Source: a virus (taxonomy: Duplodnaviria; Caudoviricetes). From it: a stretch of DNA of 27,175 bases. Positions 18,364-27,175 of the stretch are shown one piece after another. A program made the position numbers and the translations under genes. Below the pieces are notes generated by a model, which worked only from the letters and a program-made list of their open reading frames with translations, made no database searches and was not told the origin of the DNA. The first letter of the stretch is position 1. Each line of letters opens with the position of its first letter. Where the stretch lies: positions 1-27,175 of IMG/VR virus record IMGVR_UViG_3300034171_000222, one strand, 5' to 3'.

Positions 18364-20357
18364 TAGCTTCCTTGCATTATCAGGGCATCTTTTAGCCCAT
18401 CGTTCATTCTTCCTACTATATAATCCAACAACTCGTCTTTACGCGCCCAGAAATCCTTCCCATCGGCAACATTGATGCTGTTGGTAACATTTAAAGTCAT
18501 ATTTACAATCTTCGCGCTTCCCTGGGAACTGCCTCCTCCACCTTTTTTACCGCCTCCGGCAACTGAAGATGTACCATCAAGCCCTCCAAAGTTTTCGCCC
18601 GTGGGTGTAAACTTATAATCGTCATATGTCTTCCCGGACTTCTTTTTATCCTGGTCGTTCGCAAAAGATGCTGCACCTTCTTTGGCACCTTCTTGATATG
18701 CACTGGCAATTCCATTTTTAAGTTTCCCAAAGGCTTTAGATCCGGCTTCAATGCCAATCATATCACCTACGGCATCTTTACCGGTTTGCCAGGCATCTTT
18801 CCAGTCGCCATCAAAAAATTGCATTACCGCTTTTCCAAGCCCGGTTATGCCTGAAAGCAATCCTTTTATCCGGTCTATTACGTAGTCTTTAATGACTTCC
18901 CCAAATAGTTTGATCGTTTCCCAGGAGCCGTGTATCACTTTTCTAAAACCTTCAAATTCTGTATAAGCCCAAATAATCCCCCCAACCAGGGCGGCGATTC
19001 CCGCAACTACAAGTCCAATAGGATTTGCGGTCAATGCGGCGTTCCATAACCATTGCCCTGCGGTTGCTATTTTTGAAGCTGCTGTTTGCAACCAAGTAAC
19101 TTTGGTAAGTTGTGACACTATGGGGATCATGGAGGCCATAAATTGGGTAGCTCCGCTTAATTCACTTACGTTGGTCATTATGGACCCAAAAGTTTCAGAG
19201 AAGGAAGATTCAAGATCGGCAAGCCATCCACGAAGACTGGAACCGGCACCTTTTACAGATTTGATATTGTTGATATCCATATCCACACTTGCTAGGCCTT
19301 CTATCCAACCAAGCCCGGCATCTTCCCCTGCACCTTTAAAAATATCGGCCAAAACCAGTTGCTTTGCCGCAACATTCGCGCCCTCCATATTTTTAGAGAT
19401 CATTTGTACAGCTTCAAAACTGGTTTTCCCTGCGAGATCCTGGACTTCTATCCCAATGCCCCTTAAAGCATCAATTTGAGCCTGGCCCATTTCACGAAGG
19501 GATAGATCTGCCTCCTTTAAGGAATCTATGGCCTTATCTGAAAAAATACCATTCTGCCCAGCCTGAGCTGTTAAAGCAATTGCTTCAGCTTGAGTAATCC
19601 CCAATTGTTTTATGAAAGCTGGGTATTCCTTTAATTGTTCCAGAAAATCACCATTGATGTTGGCTCCTTTTTGGTAACCGGCTTCAATCAGTGCAAAGTT
19701 TTCTGCCCAGGAACCTCCAATTTGTTTGGTCATGGCGTTCGCAGCTTTGGCAATCTCTTTGGGGTCTTCCTTGAAAACCCTTCCCAATTTATGAGCCTTA
19801 GCTGTAAGTTCATCCAAACGATCTCCGGACTCCCCGGTCATCCTGGCTATTTTTGTCCTGGTCTCTTCAATACCGATGGCAAAATCGAAAGAACTAAGGG
19901 CTTTGTCTATTAATTCTGAAGCTTGGTTGGCAACTACTACAGCTGCACCCCAATTGGCTTTTAATTTTGCGGGATCTGGACCCTCCTCAATACCTTTGAG
20001 TTCGGTCTCGATCTCAATGAGCTGCTCTTTATATCTTCTGGATTTTGTTTCGGCCTGACTTATATCAAAATCGATTCTGGACTTGGTAAGTGGATCTACT
20101 TCATCACCTAGATCCTTCAGCCATTTGGTGAGTTTTTTTACTTCGCGCTGCTCGTTTTCATAGAGATCTGTTAACTCACCATGGGATTTCAAGGCACGAT
20201 CGGCAACACTGCGCTGTTCATCAGACATATCGCCTAATGCATCACGAACAGAGTTAACCGCATCTTCCACGCCCTCGGTAGCCTTTTTGGCATTCCTGAG
20301 GGGCGCTGTGATTTGATCAACTAATTCCAGTATCCACGAAGTTTCGTGTTTTGCCAT
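18363..20357 (-). CDS. Tail tape measure protein
   Basis: 664 aa, Ala/Gly-rich and helical. QWLWNAALTANPIGLVVAGIAALV motif. Follows the tail chaperone. Confidence 0.9.
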   Translation of the reverse strand: MAKHETSWILELVDQITAPLRNAKKATEGVEDAVNSVRDALGDMSDEQRSVADRALKSHGELTDLYENEQREVKKLTKWLKDLGDEVDPLTKSRIDFDISQAETKSRRYKEQLIEIETELKGIEEGPDPAKLKANWGAAVVVANQASELIDKALSSFDFAIGIEETRTKIARMTGESGDRLDELTAKAHKLGRVFKEDPKEIAKAANAMTKQIGGSWAENFALIEAGYQKGANINGDFLEQLKEYPAFIKQLGITQAEAIALTAQAGQNGIFSDKAIDSLKEADLSLREMGQAQIDALRGIGIEVQDLAGKTSFEAVQMISKNMEGANVAAKQLVLADIFKGAGEDAGLGWIEGLASVDMDINNIKSVKGAGSSLRGWLADLESSFSETFGSIMTNVSELSGATQFMASMIPIVSQLTKVTWLQTAASKIATAGQWLWNAALTANPIGLVVAGIAALVGGIIWAYTEFEGFRKVIHGSWETIKLFGEVIKDYVIDRIKGLLSGITGLGKAVMQFFDGDWKDAWQTGKDAVGDMIGIEAGSKAFGKLKNGIASAYQEGAKEGAASFANDQDKKKSGKTYDDYKFTPTGENFGGLDGTSSVAGGGKKGGGGSSQGSAKIVNMTLNVTNSINVADGKDFWARKDELLDYIVGRMNDGLKDALIMQGS

Positions 20358-20363
20358 TTTTAA

Positions 20364-20579
20364 TTATTCATCTTGATTATTGCCAAAGGCCGAAATAATT
20401 ACATCTCTCAATGTTTTAGCTTCCATTCTTTTCAGGAACATCGCTTCGTTATACAACTTTGCCCATCTTTCGACAGGCAAGTTTTCAGGATCAGTTTTAA
20501 ATGAAGATCGTATTAACGCATTTCCTTTTTCCCAAAAGTCCTCGCCTGGAGATAATGAAATCTCCCCAAGCGCTATCGC
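20364..20579 (-). CDS. -1 frameshift extension of the tail assembly chaperone (gpT-equivalent, 71 codons)
   Basis: Open -1 frame AIALGEISLSPGEDFWEKGNALIRSSF...NNQDE* beginning at the slippery A-AAA-AAG (20585-20579) and ending 6 nt before the tape measure ATG. Confidence 0.75.
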   Translation of the reverse strand, partial: AIALGEISLSPGEDFWEKGNALIRSSFKTDPENLPVERWAKLYNEAMFLKRMEAKTLRDVIISAFGNNQDE

Positions 20580-20956
20580 TTTTTTACTTCAACCTCTTTG
20601 CGTTTGAACATTTTACCTACTGCGGTCATCACATTCAGCTTGAGCATATCGTCCTGCATCAATTCATCTGAACCTCCCAACCTAATGGCCGTAAAAACCA
20701 TTTCCAGACCTTTCAATTCTTCATTTTGTTTTGCCTTGGTAGCCAAAAGCTGAAGAAGTTCTAACGTAGGTTTTTTAACGTATGTGGCGTGTTCAAGACC
20801 ATCATCGTCTTCCGAAATGATCTCATGTATGAATTTAGCTTTATGCTTTGCTTTCCATTCATCAATTTGCGCCTGGTCCGCATAACCAATAGGATTTGGC
20901 TTTTTAGGAGCTTCATCTCCTTTCTTAGCTATTTTAGCTTCAAGTTCCTTCATCAT
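20573..20956 (-). CDS. Tail assembly chaperone (gpG-equivalent)
   Basis: Lies between tube and tape measure. ATG 20956 avoids overlap with the tube gene. QIDEWKAKH motif; ends VKKR at the slippery site. Confidence 0.8.
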   Translation of the reverse strand: MMKELEAKIAKKGDEAPKKPNPIGYADQAQIDEWKAKHKAKFIHEIISEDDDGLEHATYVKKPTLELLQLLATKAKQNEELKGLEMVFTAIRLGGSDELMQDDMLKLNVMTAVGKMFKRKEVEVKKR

Positions 20957-20967
20957 TTCGTTGTTTT

Positions 20968-21405
20968 TTAAACGTTCCAGTCTATATGACTGCAAATACA
21001 TTCTACGGTCTGATCCACCGTCTTGTCATTCTGCTTCACGGATTTTCCAATCTTGAGGATTTCGAAATTTCGAATGATATCGGTAACCAACCTTCCTTCA
21101 TATTCATACATCACCACCACATCTGTAGGTGGAAGATCCTGAAGACGTTTTCCGGTTCCCCTGATGCTATCCTGGATAGCAACAACTTCTTCTTTGTAAA
21201 GCTTCAATCCGGTAGATGCGGAGTAGTTTCCTTCGCCAACGCCAAGGGGCATTCTACCAGCACCGTACATCATTTCTTTATCTACGTTATCGTCATAACT
21301 AAGTTCAACGATCCCTTCTACGTCGCGACCAAACAGGTTATAGGTGACAGAATTCCATCCTGCCATTTTCCCGAAGGCGTTTATTAATTTTGTTACTCTG
21401 GCCAT
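20968..21405 (-). CDS. Tail tube protein
   Basis: 145 aa directly after the sheath. GIVELSY...YGAGRMPLGVGEGNY motif. Confidence 0.8.
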   Translation of the reverse strand: MARVTKLINAFGKMAGWNSVTYNLFGRDVEGIVELSYDDNVDKEMMYGAGRMPLGVGEGNYSASTGLKLYKEEVVAIQDSIRGTGKRLQDLPPTDVVVMYEYEGRLVTDIIRNFEILKIGKSVKQNDKTVDQTVECICSHIDWNV

Positions 21406-21407
21406 AA

Positions 21408-22610
21408 TTAATTAAGTGATAGGTCTATTTCAAATTCGTGGATGATCGCTCCCAGGGTAACCGATGCTTTGGCCACAAGAGGCGTTTGATCATTCGGGTT
21501 TTGCCCTTCAGGGATCCCAATTTCATAACCGCTAATTTCCTCAGCGATCATCATAACCTGCAAAGGTTTCCCGGCAAGGGTCTCCAGGTTCTTGATCACG
21601 GTAGCTGTTATTGCACCGGTATCATTATTTCTTTTAAACCATCCTCTTACTTTTGGGATCAAAGCGGTTCTAACTGCCCTTGCAGCTTTGTTCCAAACCC
21701 CATTATTTTCTCCGGAGGAATAATCGGAAGCCAACTCGATACAAGTAGGTTCCCCATTAAAATAAAATCCACCAAAGCCCTGAAAGCTTCCGGCATATAC
21801 ATAGCCGAAATTGGTGAGTTGCTTTTTCTGCACACTGGTTAAACTGTACACCAAAGTTCCGTCACTAAGTGCAGCCTTAAGCCATCTGCCTTCAGTTTCC
21901 CTGGTTAAAGGAAAACTTACATTTCCCCTACTGGCTAAAGGTTTTGTGATCACATCTACAGAACCCAGGTTTTCACTTACCTTTCTAACTGCACGCATTC
22001 CTAATACGGCACCTACAGCGGCGTAATTTGCGTATGCAGGGTCTAAGGCTGCGATAACTGGATCTTGTGCAATTACAGGCGATACTTGCCCAGCTGTTAA
22101 TAATCTTAGGTTCTCGGCATTGGCACCGATGTTTCTTGCTTCCAGGTAGATCCCATCAAGCAAAATATGATCACCGGCCAAATCATTGATAAATGTCTGA
22201 CAAGCATTAATCTCTGCATCTAGATCCAGCGCCAGCACATTGTCGTTATAGACAAATCCGGCCCTCTTTATTTCAGTTAATTCCCTGAAAATTGCTTTTG
22301 CCTCTGCGCTTGCAAAGAAAGCAGCTGCGGTTGCATTATTGGTTGGGATAACTATTAGTGTTCCTTCTGGTGCATACGCAAAGAATTCCTCTGTGTGGTG
22401 ACGTAACAGGATGGCATTGTTTGCATCGTATGCTTCATCAAATCCCGCTGCATCAAGGTCTGTGGACTGGATAGCCCTTATCGCCTTATTGAAACCGGCA
22501 TTTGCAGCCTCGGGTGAGAAAACCACCAACGCCATTACCGCATCGGTAGAAGCATTGGTCCTGTTCAGCGCGCCCTGGCCTTTATTGAATTTCACTCCTT
22601 CAAAACTCAT
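21408..22610 (-). CDS. Contractile tail sheath protein (DUF2586-like)
   Basis: 400 aa. GFYFNGEPTC..SDY..ENNGVWNKAARAVR sheath C-terminal motif; position before the tube. Confidence 0.8.
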   Translation of the reverse strand: MSFEGVKFNKGQGALNRTNASTDAVMALVVFSPEAANAGFNKAIRAIQSTDLDAAGFDEAYDANNAILLRHHTEEFFAYAPEGTLIVIPTNNATAAAFFASAEAKAIFRELTEIKRAGFVYNDNVLALDLDAEINACQTFINDLAGDHILLDGIYLEARNIGANAENLRLLTAGQVSPVIAQDPVIAALDPAYANYAAVGAVLGMRAVRKVSENLGSVDVITKPLASRGNVSFPLTRETEGRWLKAALSDGTLVYSLTSVQKKQLTNFGYVYAGSFQGFGGFYFNGEPTCIELASDYSSGENNGVWNKAARAVRTALIPKVRGWFKRNNDTGAITATVIKNLETLAGKPLQVMMIAEEISGYEIGIPEGQNPNDQTPLVAKASVTLGAIIHEFEIDLSLN

Positions 22611-23029
22611 TATTCCTTGGTTTTAGTTTCGGAGATAGAAGCTTCACTTGCTTTGGCAAGTTCATCTATGCGCTCCTGGATAGCTGCAATTGCAGTTTTA
22701 CGGTTCTTACCGCTTTTCTCGTCCTGAAGGAATCCCTCCAAGGCCTTAGGGTCTGAAGATTCAGCAACAAGTGCCTCCAATTCTTTTACCGTGTAGCCTT
22801 CATCTTCTTTGGAAGGTGTAGTTGTTTTTTCGCTCAACTGATCTTCAACTTCCGTACGTTCTATTTCATAGACCGTTAATTTCTTTTCCTGAGAATTCGC
22901 GTGCGTATGCGCACGGTCTTTAAGTACGAAAAACTGACCATCACTGGTAGCGAACAGTACCTTCTCGGTTCTTACTTTGAAAATCGCAATACTTAGCGCG
23001 ACTAATTCTTTTCTGCTTTGTGTTTTCAT
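22610..23029 (-). CDS. Hypothetical virion-associated protein
   Basis: 139 aa, coupled to both neighbours. Small helical C-terminal module (TVKEL...EKSGKNRKTAIAAI). Confidence 0.6.
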   Translation of the reverse strand: MKTQSRKELVALSIAIFKVRTEKVLFATSDGQFFVLKDRAHTHANSQEKKLTVYEIERTEVEDQLSEKTTTPSKEDEGYTVKELEALVAESSDPKALEGFLQDEKSGKNRKTAIAAIQERIDELAKASEASISETKTKE

Positions 23030-23493
23030 CTTGAAAATGGGTTATAGAATTTTAGGATTAATTTGCCTACCAGGAATAACAGGAAGATCCCGCCTATCCA
23101 GGCTAAATACTTAACTGTCCACGGGACAAATCTCTCCGGGACTATTTTGACTTCAGATCTATCGGTTTCAACTTTTCTGAAGTGTTCAATTTCTTTATTC
23201 AGGAGCCTAATTTTAGCCTCCAATGCTTCTGTCTTGCAATCGGCAGTAATGATCTCACCTATTCGCGAGATACTAAGCGTTGCGCGTTTTCCCTTCTTAA
23301 TAATTGGGATCTCGCTGAGTGAATTCACATTGGTTACAATTCGAACCGAATCGGCAGGAATACTAATAAGTGTATCCACCGGAGTGAATTTTACAACCGT
23401 GGAATCTGTAACAGTGGTTTTTTCCACACTGGTACTTTGCTGACTTTTACAGCCAACGATTAACACCAAAATGAAAATATACCAGAGCTTCAT
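23026..23493 (-). CDS. Candidate unimolecular spanin
   Basis: N-terminal lipoprotein signal (LIVGC) plus a C-terminal TM (YLAWIGGIFLLFLVGKLIL). Immediately after the candidate endolysin. Confidence 0.65.
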   Translation of the reverse strand: MKLWYIFILVLIVGCKSQQSTSVEKTTVTDSTVVKFTPVDTLISIPADSVRIVTNVNSLSEIPIIKKGKRATLSISRIGEIITADCKTEALEAKIRLLNKEIEHFRKVETDRSEVKIVPERFVPWTVKYLAWIGGIFLLFLVGKLILKFYNPFSR

Positions 23494-23494
23494 A

Positions 23495-23905
23495 TTAGAT
23501 TTTTACGATTTTAAGTTTGAAAGTGTTAGGCATAAGTCCTAACAGATCTGCCATTGTATTACGGCTGCTGGTCACATCAAGTTGCTGATCGTGATTTATA
23601 TCTTTAAGATCTTTCCCTACTAAAACACAACCTCTGATATCTGTAAAATAGTTACCTGGATGAATAAGTATGAAAGCCCGATCCTTCACATTTAGAATAT
23701 GGAAGTGGTTTTTAAACTTAACACTGGTTCTTTTCATAACCATATATTCACCTTCCGGAATACAGCTCACGTTGTGATCGTTATTCTTCCAGGGGAGCTC
23801 CAGAGTATCACAATCGTATTTTATACCATTGTTTTCATCTAAAACATAGAGCCTTCCAAGAGTTTGGATGCCACTGTCATCAATACGTTCAATTAGGAGC
23901 TTCAT
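23495..23905 (-). CDS. DUF5675-like protein, candidate endolysin
   Basis: TLGRL, TLELPW, SCIPEGEY, ILIHPGN and GCVLVG motifs (His/Cys pair); adjacent to the spanin candidate. Confidence 0.7.
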   Translation of the reverse strand: MKLLIERIDDSGIQTLGRLYVLDENNGIKYDCDTLELPWKNNDHNVSCIPEGEYMVMKRTSVKFKNHFHILNVKDRAFILIHPGNYFTDIRGCVLVGKDLKDINHDQQLDVTSSRNTMADLLGLMPNTFKLKIVKI

Positions 23906-23923
23906 GTGTTTCTTTTTTATAAT

Positions 23924-23990
23924 TCCCCTTTGGGGTTAGGGGCTTTCGGCCCCCGTAAGGGAGCAGGCTACCTGCAATAGGTGAGCCTGC
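23924..23990 (-). other. GC-rich tandem stem-loops between capsid and lysis genes
   Basis: gcaggct-acct/aggt-g-agcctgc (23963-23990) and ggggc/gcccc stem (23939-23953). No U-tract on the minus strand. Confidence 0.5.
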
Positions 23991-24010
23991 CTGGTTAACT
24001 CAAATTATTG

Positions 24011-25018
24011 CTATACTGCTACCTTACCGTCTATGATAGCTGCCTGACCTTGATCCTTTAATGCATAGCATCCAAAGTATAATCTGTAACCCACTATGGA
24101 TTTTCTGTTTTCGGGATCTTGTTTAGAATCTTTGTAATAGCGTTTTACAGAACCTTTCGCTTTCGCTGTAGATTTCTTATGGAATACAATACTGGAAGTC
24201 CTTCCCGCATTCACACTGTCAAATGCAAGCTTTACCAGGGTAATATCGTCATAGGTCGGAGAGTAAACATCTTCGTAAACTTTGAAGCTGTAGTAGTTGG
24301 TAGAAATAGCCCCATCTACGCGGTTATGATATCCTTTTTCAAAAACGGAATCTTCAAGTAAAAGATCATTTGCGTGATATGAGCTCAAAACCATTATTCG
24401 TCCTTTACCTGGCACCTTGATTTTATCAAGTTTCCCCTTAAGGAGAATCACATCTTTTTTGGTCAATCTTTTCCTTCCTGTACCATCATCGGCACCGGTA
24501 GTTTCCAGTACTGGAGTATCGGCAGAATCACTTATTGGAGAGATAGAATGCAACGCATGATCTGTGGTTTTTTCCTCAAGCTCTTCCTTAAGTTCCAGAT
24601 TGATATCGCCCTCTTTATCGTAAGCGATCGCATTAAGCTCATCATCTGTAACCTCCCGGTTCTCGGTATCATACTTATTGAGTGAAACAACTACATGCTC
24701 GTCATCACGACCGGCAGTAGCAATTGGATATACTGTATTATTGATAAGAACTCCAGGAGCATTGTCCCCTTTTCGTTTTGGGATCTTAATAGTATCGTTG
24801 TTTACCCATTTATCCTTGCTCATCACCTCACTTAACCAGGTGCCAACATGGCGAAATTTTGTAAGGATGAATTTCTCGTTCAGGGTGTTTTTAAGATCAC
24901 TGGCTACGGTGGCTCCACTGGCCATTGCCACAACTTGTGGGTTTTCTTTTGCAAAGCCCGTAAGCACGGTTGCAAGGATAAGTCCTAAGACTACTAAAAT
25001 TTTAAGGGTAGATTTCAT
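24011..25018 (-). CDS. Major capsid protein
   Basis: 335 aa directly after the protease/scaffold. LDKIKVPGKGRIMVL, YSFKVYED and VGYRLYFG are typical HK97-fold capsid segments. Confidence 0.75.
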   Translation of the reverse strand: MKSTLKILVVLGLILATVLTGFAKENPQVVAMASGATVASDLKNTLNEKFILTKFRHVGTWLSEVMSKDKWVNNDTIKIPKRKGDNAPGVLINNTVYPIATAGRDDEHVVVSLNKYDTENREVTDDELNAIAYDKEGDINLELKEELEEKTTDHALHSISPISDSADTPVLETTGADDGTGRKRLTKKDVILLKGKLDKIKVPGKGRIMVLSSYHANDLLLEDSVFEKGYHNRVDGAISTNYYSFKVYEDVYSPTYDDITLVKLAFDSVNAGRTSSIVFHKKSTAKAKGSVKRYYKDSKQDPENRKSIVGYRLYFGCYALKDQGQAAIIDGKVAV

Positions 25019-25055
25019 TTGTTCGTTTATTTGATTGCTTTTTGATTTTGAAAGA

Positions 25056-25085
25056 ATCAGTCTGCCCCATCTTGAGCAGACTGAT
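25056..25085 (-). terminator. Hairpin between protease and capsid genes (weak terminator or stabiliser)
   Basis: atcagtctgc/gcagactgat 10-bp perfect inverted repeat, followed by TCTTT on the minus strand. Confidence 0.45.
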
Positions 25086-25111
25086 GTTTTATATCTTGAT
25101 TGTTTTTTGTT

Positions 25112-26266
25112 CTATTTTTTGAGGTATGCCTCGTATTTTGCCTGGAAAGCTACCGGATCTTCTTCTTCAAGTAGATCACTCTCTTCAGCGGTCATATCCT
25201 CAAAACTCTTTTCCTTGGCAGTTGCGGCAGAAGCTCCCGCAGATTTACCCGCAATCTGCTCGGAGATCTTTCCTGGTACCGGCAGATTTTCCACATGAGC
25301 CTTGAATCCTTCAAAATCGGCATTGGCCCATTTCTCAAGACTTTCCCTGCTCTTGGCGGTTATTTTCTTATCGGTATTGGCTTTGTCAAGAATAGCCTTG
25401 ATCTCGGTTGTACGAGTGGCGGTTTCTTTGTCCTTAGCTGTTTTTTCCAGCGTATCAGCCTTTGCGGCCTTCGCTCTCAGGTTAGCCATTTCAGCTTTTA
25501 CTTCAGCTTCAGTAGCATTTTCATCTAAGCCCAATGTCAGGGCGGTCACTTTTAAATCCATTTCATTATTTAATTTAGGTTTTGATTTTGTGGGTTTTGG
25601 AGGGTTTGGAACTCCACATGCCGTAAACATGGCGGTCTCCTTTTCGGTGATCTTAACTTTATATTTAGAAATACCGGTAATAAATTTCTGTTCTAATGCT
25701 TGCTCGGCATTTAACCAAACATCGCCTTTAGACCATTTCTTTTCGATTTCTTCTTCAGAGTTTCCGGTTAATTCGGCATAAGCCTTCCGGTATTCTGAAG
25801 TGATGTTTTTAAGCAATTGTAATTTGCTTTCCCAGTCATTTTCGTTTCCCCTCAAGGCTCCCTGTGGTTTATGGTACATCCATTGTCCGTTTGGCACCAT
25901 ATCGAAAGTTTTACAACCCAACCTGATATAACTTCCTGCACTGGCAACCATTGCTCCACCATAACCATTAATGTCACCTTCAAAGGCATCGAGTTCATTG
26001 CGGATCTCCGCGGCCTGAAATACATCACCTCCAGGAGTATTAATATAAAGACTGGCATTCTTGATGCCTTGCTCGTTAAAGCTTTCAATTTGCCTTCTGA
26101 ACCATTCTGCAGAATTACTCCACTGGTGGATCACTCCACTAATGCGGATCTCTGCTTTATCTCCTTTTGCCTCGGCGGTAATCTTAAAAGGGAACTGCTC
26201 TGCAAGTGCTGTATAGTCACTTGCTCCAATTGCCATTATTACCAAGTTTGTGAATGAATCCCTCAA
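25112..26266 (-). CDS. ClpP-type prohead protease fused to a scaffold domain
   Basis: LYINTPGGDV, VASAGSYI (Ser) and WMYHKP (His), then a Pro/Lys linker and Ala/Glu/Lys-rich coiled coil. Start may be ATG 26236. Confidence 0.85.
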   Translation of the reverse strand: MRDSFTNLVIMAIGASDYTALAEQFPFKITAEAKGDKAEIRISGVIHQWSNSAEWFRRQIESFNEQGIKNASLYINTPGGDVFQAAEIRNELDAFEGDINGYGGAMVASAGSYIRLGCKTFDMVPNGQWMYHKPQGALRGNENDWESKLQLLKNITSEYRKAYAELTGNSEEEIEKKWSKGDVWLNAEQALEQKFITGISKYKVKITEKETAMFTACGVPNPPKPTKSKPKLNNEMDLKVTALTLGLDENATEAEVKAEMANLRAKAAKADTLEKTAKDKETATRTTEIKAILDKANTDKKITAKSRESLEKWANADFEGFKAHVENLPVPGKISEQIAGKSAGASAATAKEKSFEDMTAEESDLLEEEDPVAFQAKYEAYLKK

Positions 26267-26455
26267 AATCTGTTTTGCGTTTTTAGCTAATGCTTTAGAT
26301 GGACAAATTTTGAATAAATGGGAGGCATAAAGAAATTAGATTGCCAAGCTCATCATTAGGATACCTGTTCATAAGGGCTGAGAGCCTTAGCATAGAAATA
26401 GAATTCCCTGTGAGAGCAAGATTATGGCAACTTTGTCCTTGTTAAGTATGTAGAA

Positions 26456-26962
26456 ATGGCAAAGGATAAAGAAAGGCGATTAGCCGAGGAAATGTTTGTA
26501 AAACAGCGCAAAACCGCGAGGGATGTCGCCAGGTTAGTAGGGGTTACCGAAAAAACCCTGGGCAAATGGGTGGATCATTTTGGATGGAAAGAACGCCGTT
26601 CCGCTAACATGAGCAATCTCAAATCTGGGATAGAGAATATTAATGCACTCATTAACATCTATACCGAAAGGGCAATAGAGATAGAACGGGATGAAGAACC
26701 TCCCATCGGTTTTTCAAATAAGGAACTTGCCGATTACAAGAAAGACAGGGTTAAAGAGAAAGTGAGCTTAATAGATTCTATTGCCAAACTTAACAAGACC
26801 AAAGAAAATTTTGAGAAGGATCATCGCATTCCATATAACATCTATATAAATGTCACCGAGCAAATAATGAGTTCAATGCTTGAGAAGGTTCCGAAACTTA
26901 GAACTGAAGTATTGGACTTTTTCGAAGACCACATTAATTCAATCGCATTAAAATACCGTTAA
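26456..26962 (+). CDS. HTH protein, terminase small subunit-like (DUF1804 / Mu gp27-like)
   Basis: TARDVARLVGVTEKTLGKWV..FGWKERR is a helix-turn-helix pattern typical of small terminases. Confidence 0.65.
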   Translation: MAKDKERRLAEEMFVKQRKTARDVARLVGVTEKTLGKWVDHFGWKERRSANMSNLKSGIENINALINIYTERAIEIERDEEPPIGFSNKELADYKKDRVKEKVSLIDSIAKLNKTKENFEKDHRIPYNIYINVTEQIMSSMLEKVPKLRTEVLDFFEDHINSIALKYR

Positions 26963-26966
26963 AACT

Positions 26967-27175
26967 ATGTTTAAAAAGCTTTTAAACCTGTTCATTAATT
27001 TCGCGCCATTAAAACAATGGCAAATGGAAATAGGATCCTATTTGCTTAGAAAAGGATGTGGCTTTGAGATTGGCCAAATAATAAGGGAACGCAAAATAGG
27101 TACTGACCTTTACCGTGTGAAAGTGGTTACAGAACTCTTTTACGATTTCAAAACCAACCAAATCAATCACAGAAA
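26967..27175 (+). CDS. Hypothetical protein (partial, runs off the window)
   Basis: ATG 4 nt after the upstream stop; open frame MFKKLLNLFINFAPLKQWQMEIG... to the window end. Confidence 0.55.
   Translation, partial: MFKKLLNLFINFAPLKQWQMEIGSYLLRKGCGFEIGQIIRERKIGTDLYRVKVVTELFYDFKTNQINHR

Larger units (their letters stand above)
8110..27175 (-). mobile_element. Mu-like (transposable) contractile-tailed prophage, late/morphogenesis half; continues beyond the window
   Basis: Contiguous head, lysis, tail, baseplate and fibre genes. Terminal DNA-modification gene, TGTAT terminus with repeats, and visibly higher GC than the left operon. No transposase is in the window, so Mu-like is inferred. Confidence 0.8.

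Noticed and set aside
9174-22610. Tailocin or extracellular contractile injection system
   Set aside because: Capsid, head protease and terminase-like genes are linked, indicating a prophage.
4074-25781. Many antisense and nested ORFs in the track (e.g. 13990-14658, 17259-17747, 20380-20607, 25302-25781)
   Set aside because: They are shadows of well-supported genes on the opposite strand or frame and carry no independent motifs.
1-27175. CRISPR array, tRNA or rRNA genes
   Set aside because: No regularly spaced repeats or recognisable structural RNA genes were seen.

Overview
Bacteroidota (probably Flavobacteriaceae) chromosomal DNA in two parts. (1) 815-8116 (+) is an AT-rich, tightly packed five-gene operon. 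It encodes a vWA-like lipoprotein, a small multi-pass membrane protein, a divergent FtsZ/tubulin-family GTPase, a 1096-aa protein with a C-terminal actin/Hsp70-fold ATPase, and a membrane-anchored coiled-coil protein. This is the best candidate for a poorly characterised envelope-spanning tubulin plus actin-fold system. (2) About 8110 to the window end is the late half of a contractile-tailed prophage with a Mu-like terminus (TGTAT followed by ~22-bp-spaced repeats), which appears to have inserted into the last codons of the operon's final gene. On the minus strand it carries the ClpP-type head protease, major capsid protein, candidate endolysin and u-spanin, sheath, tube, a frameshifting tail chaperone, tape measure, baseplate and fibre genes, two secreted morons and an amber-interrupted adenine methyltransferase. 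A terminase small subunit-like gene is transcribed divergently. All calls come from motif reading and gene order; no searches were run.
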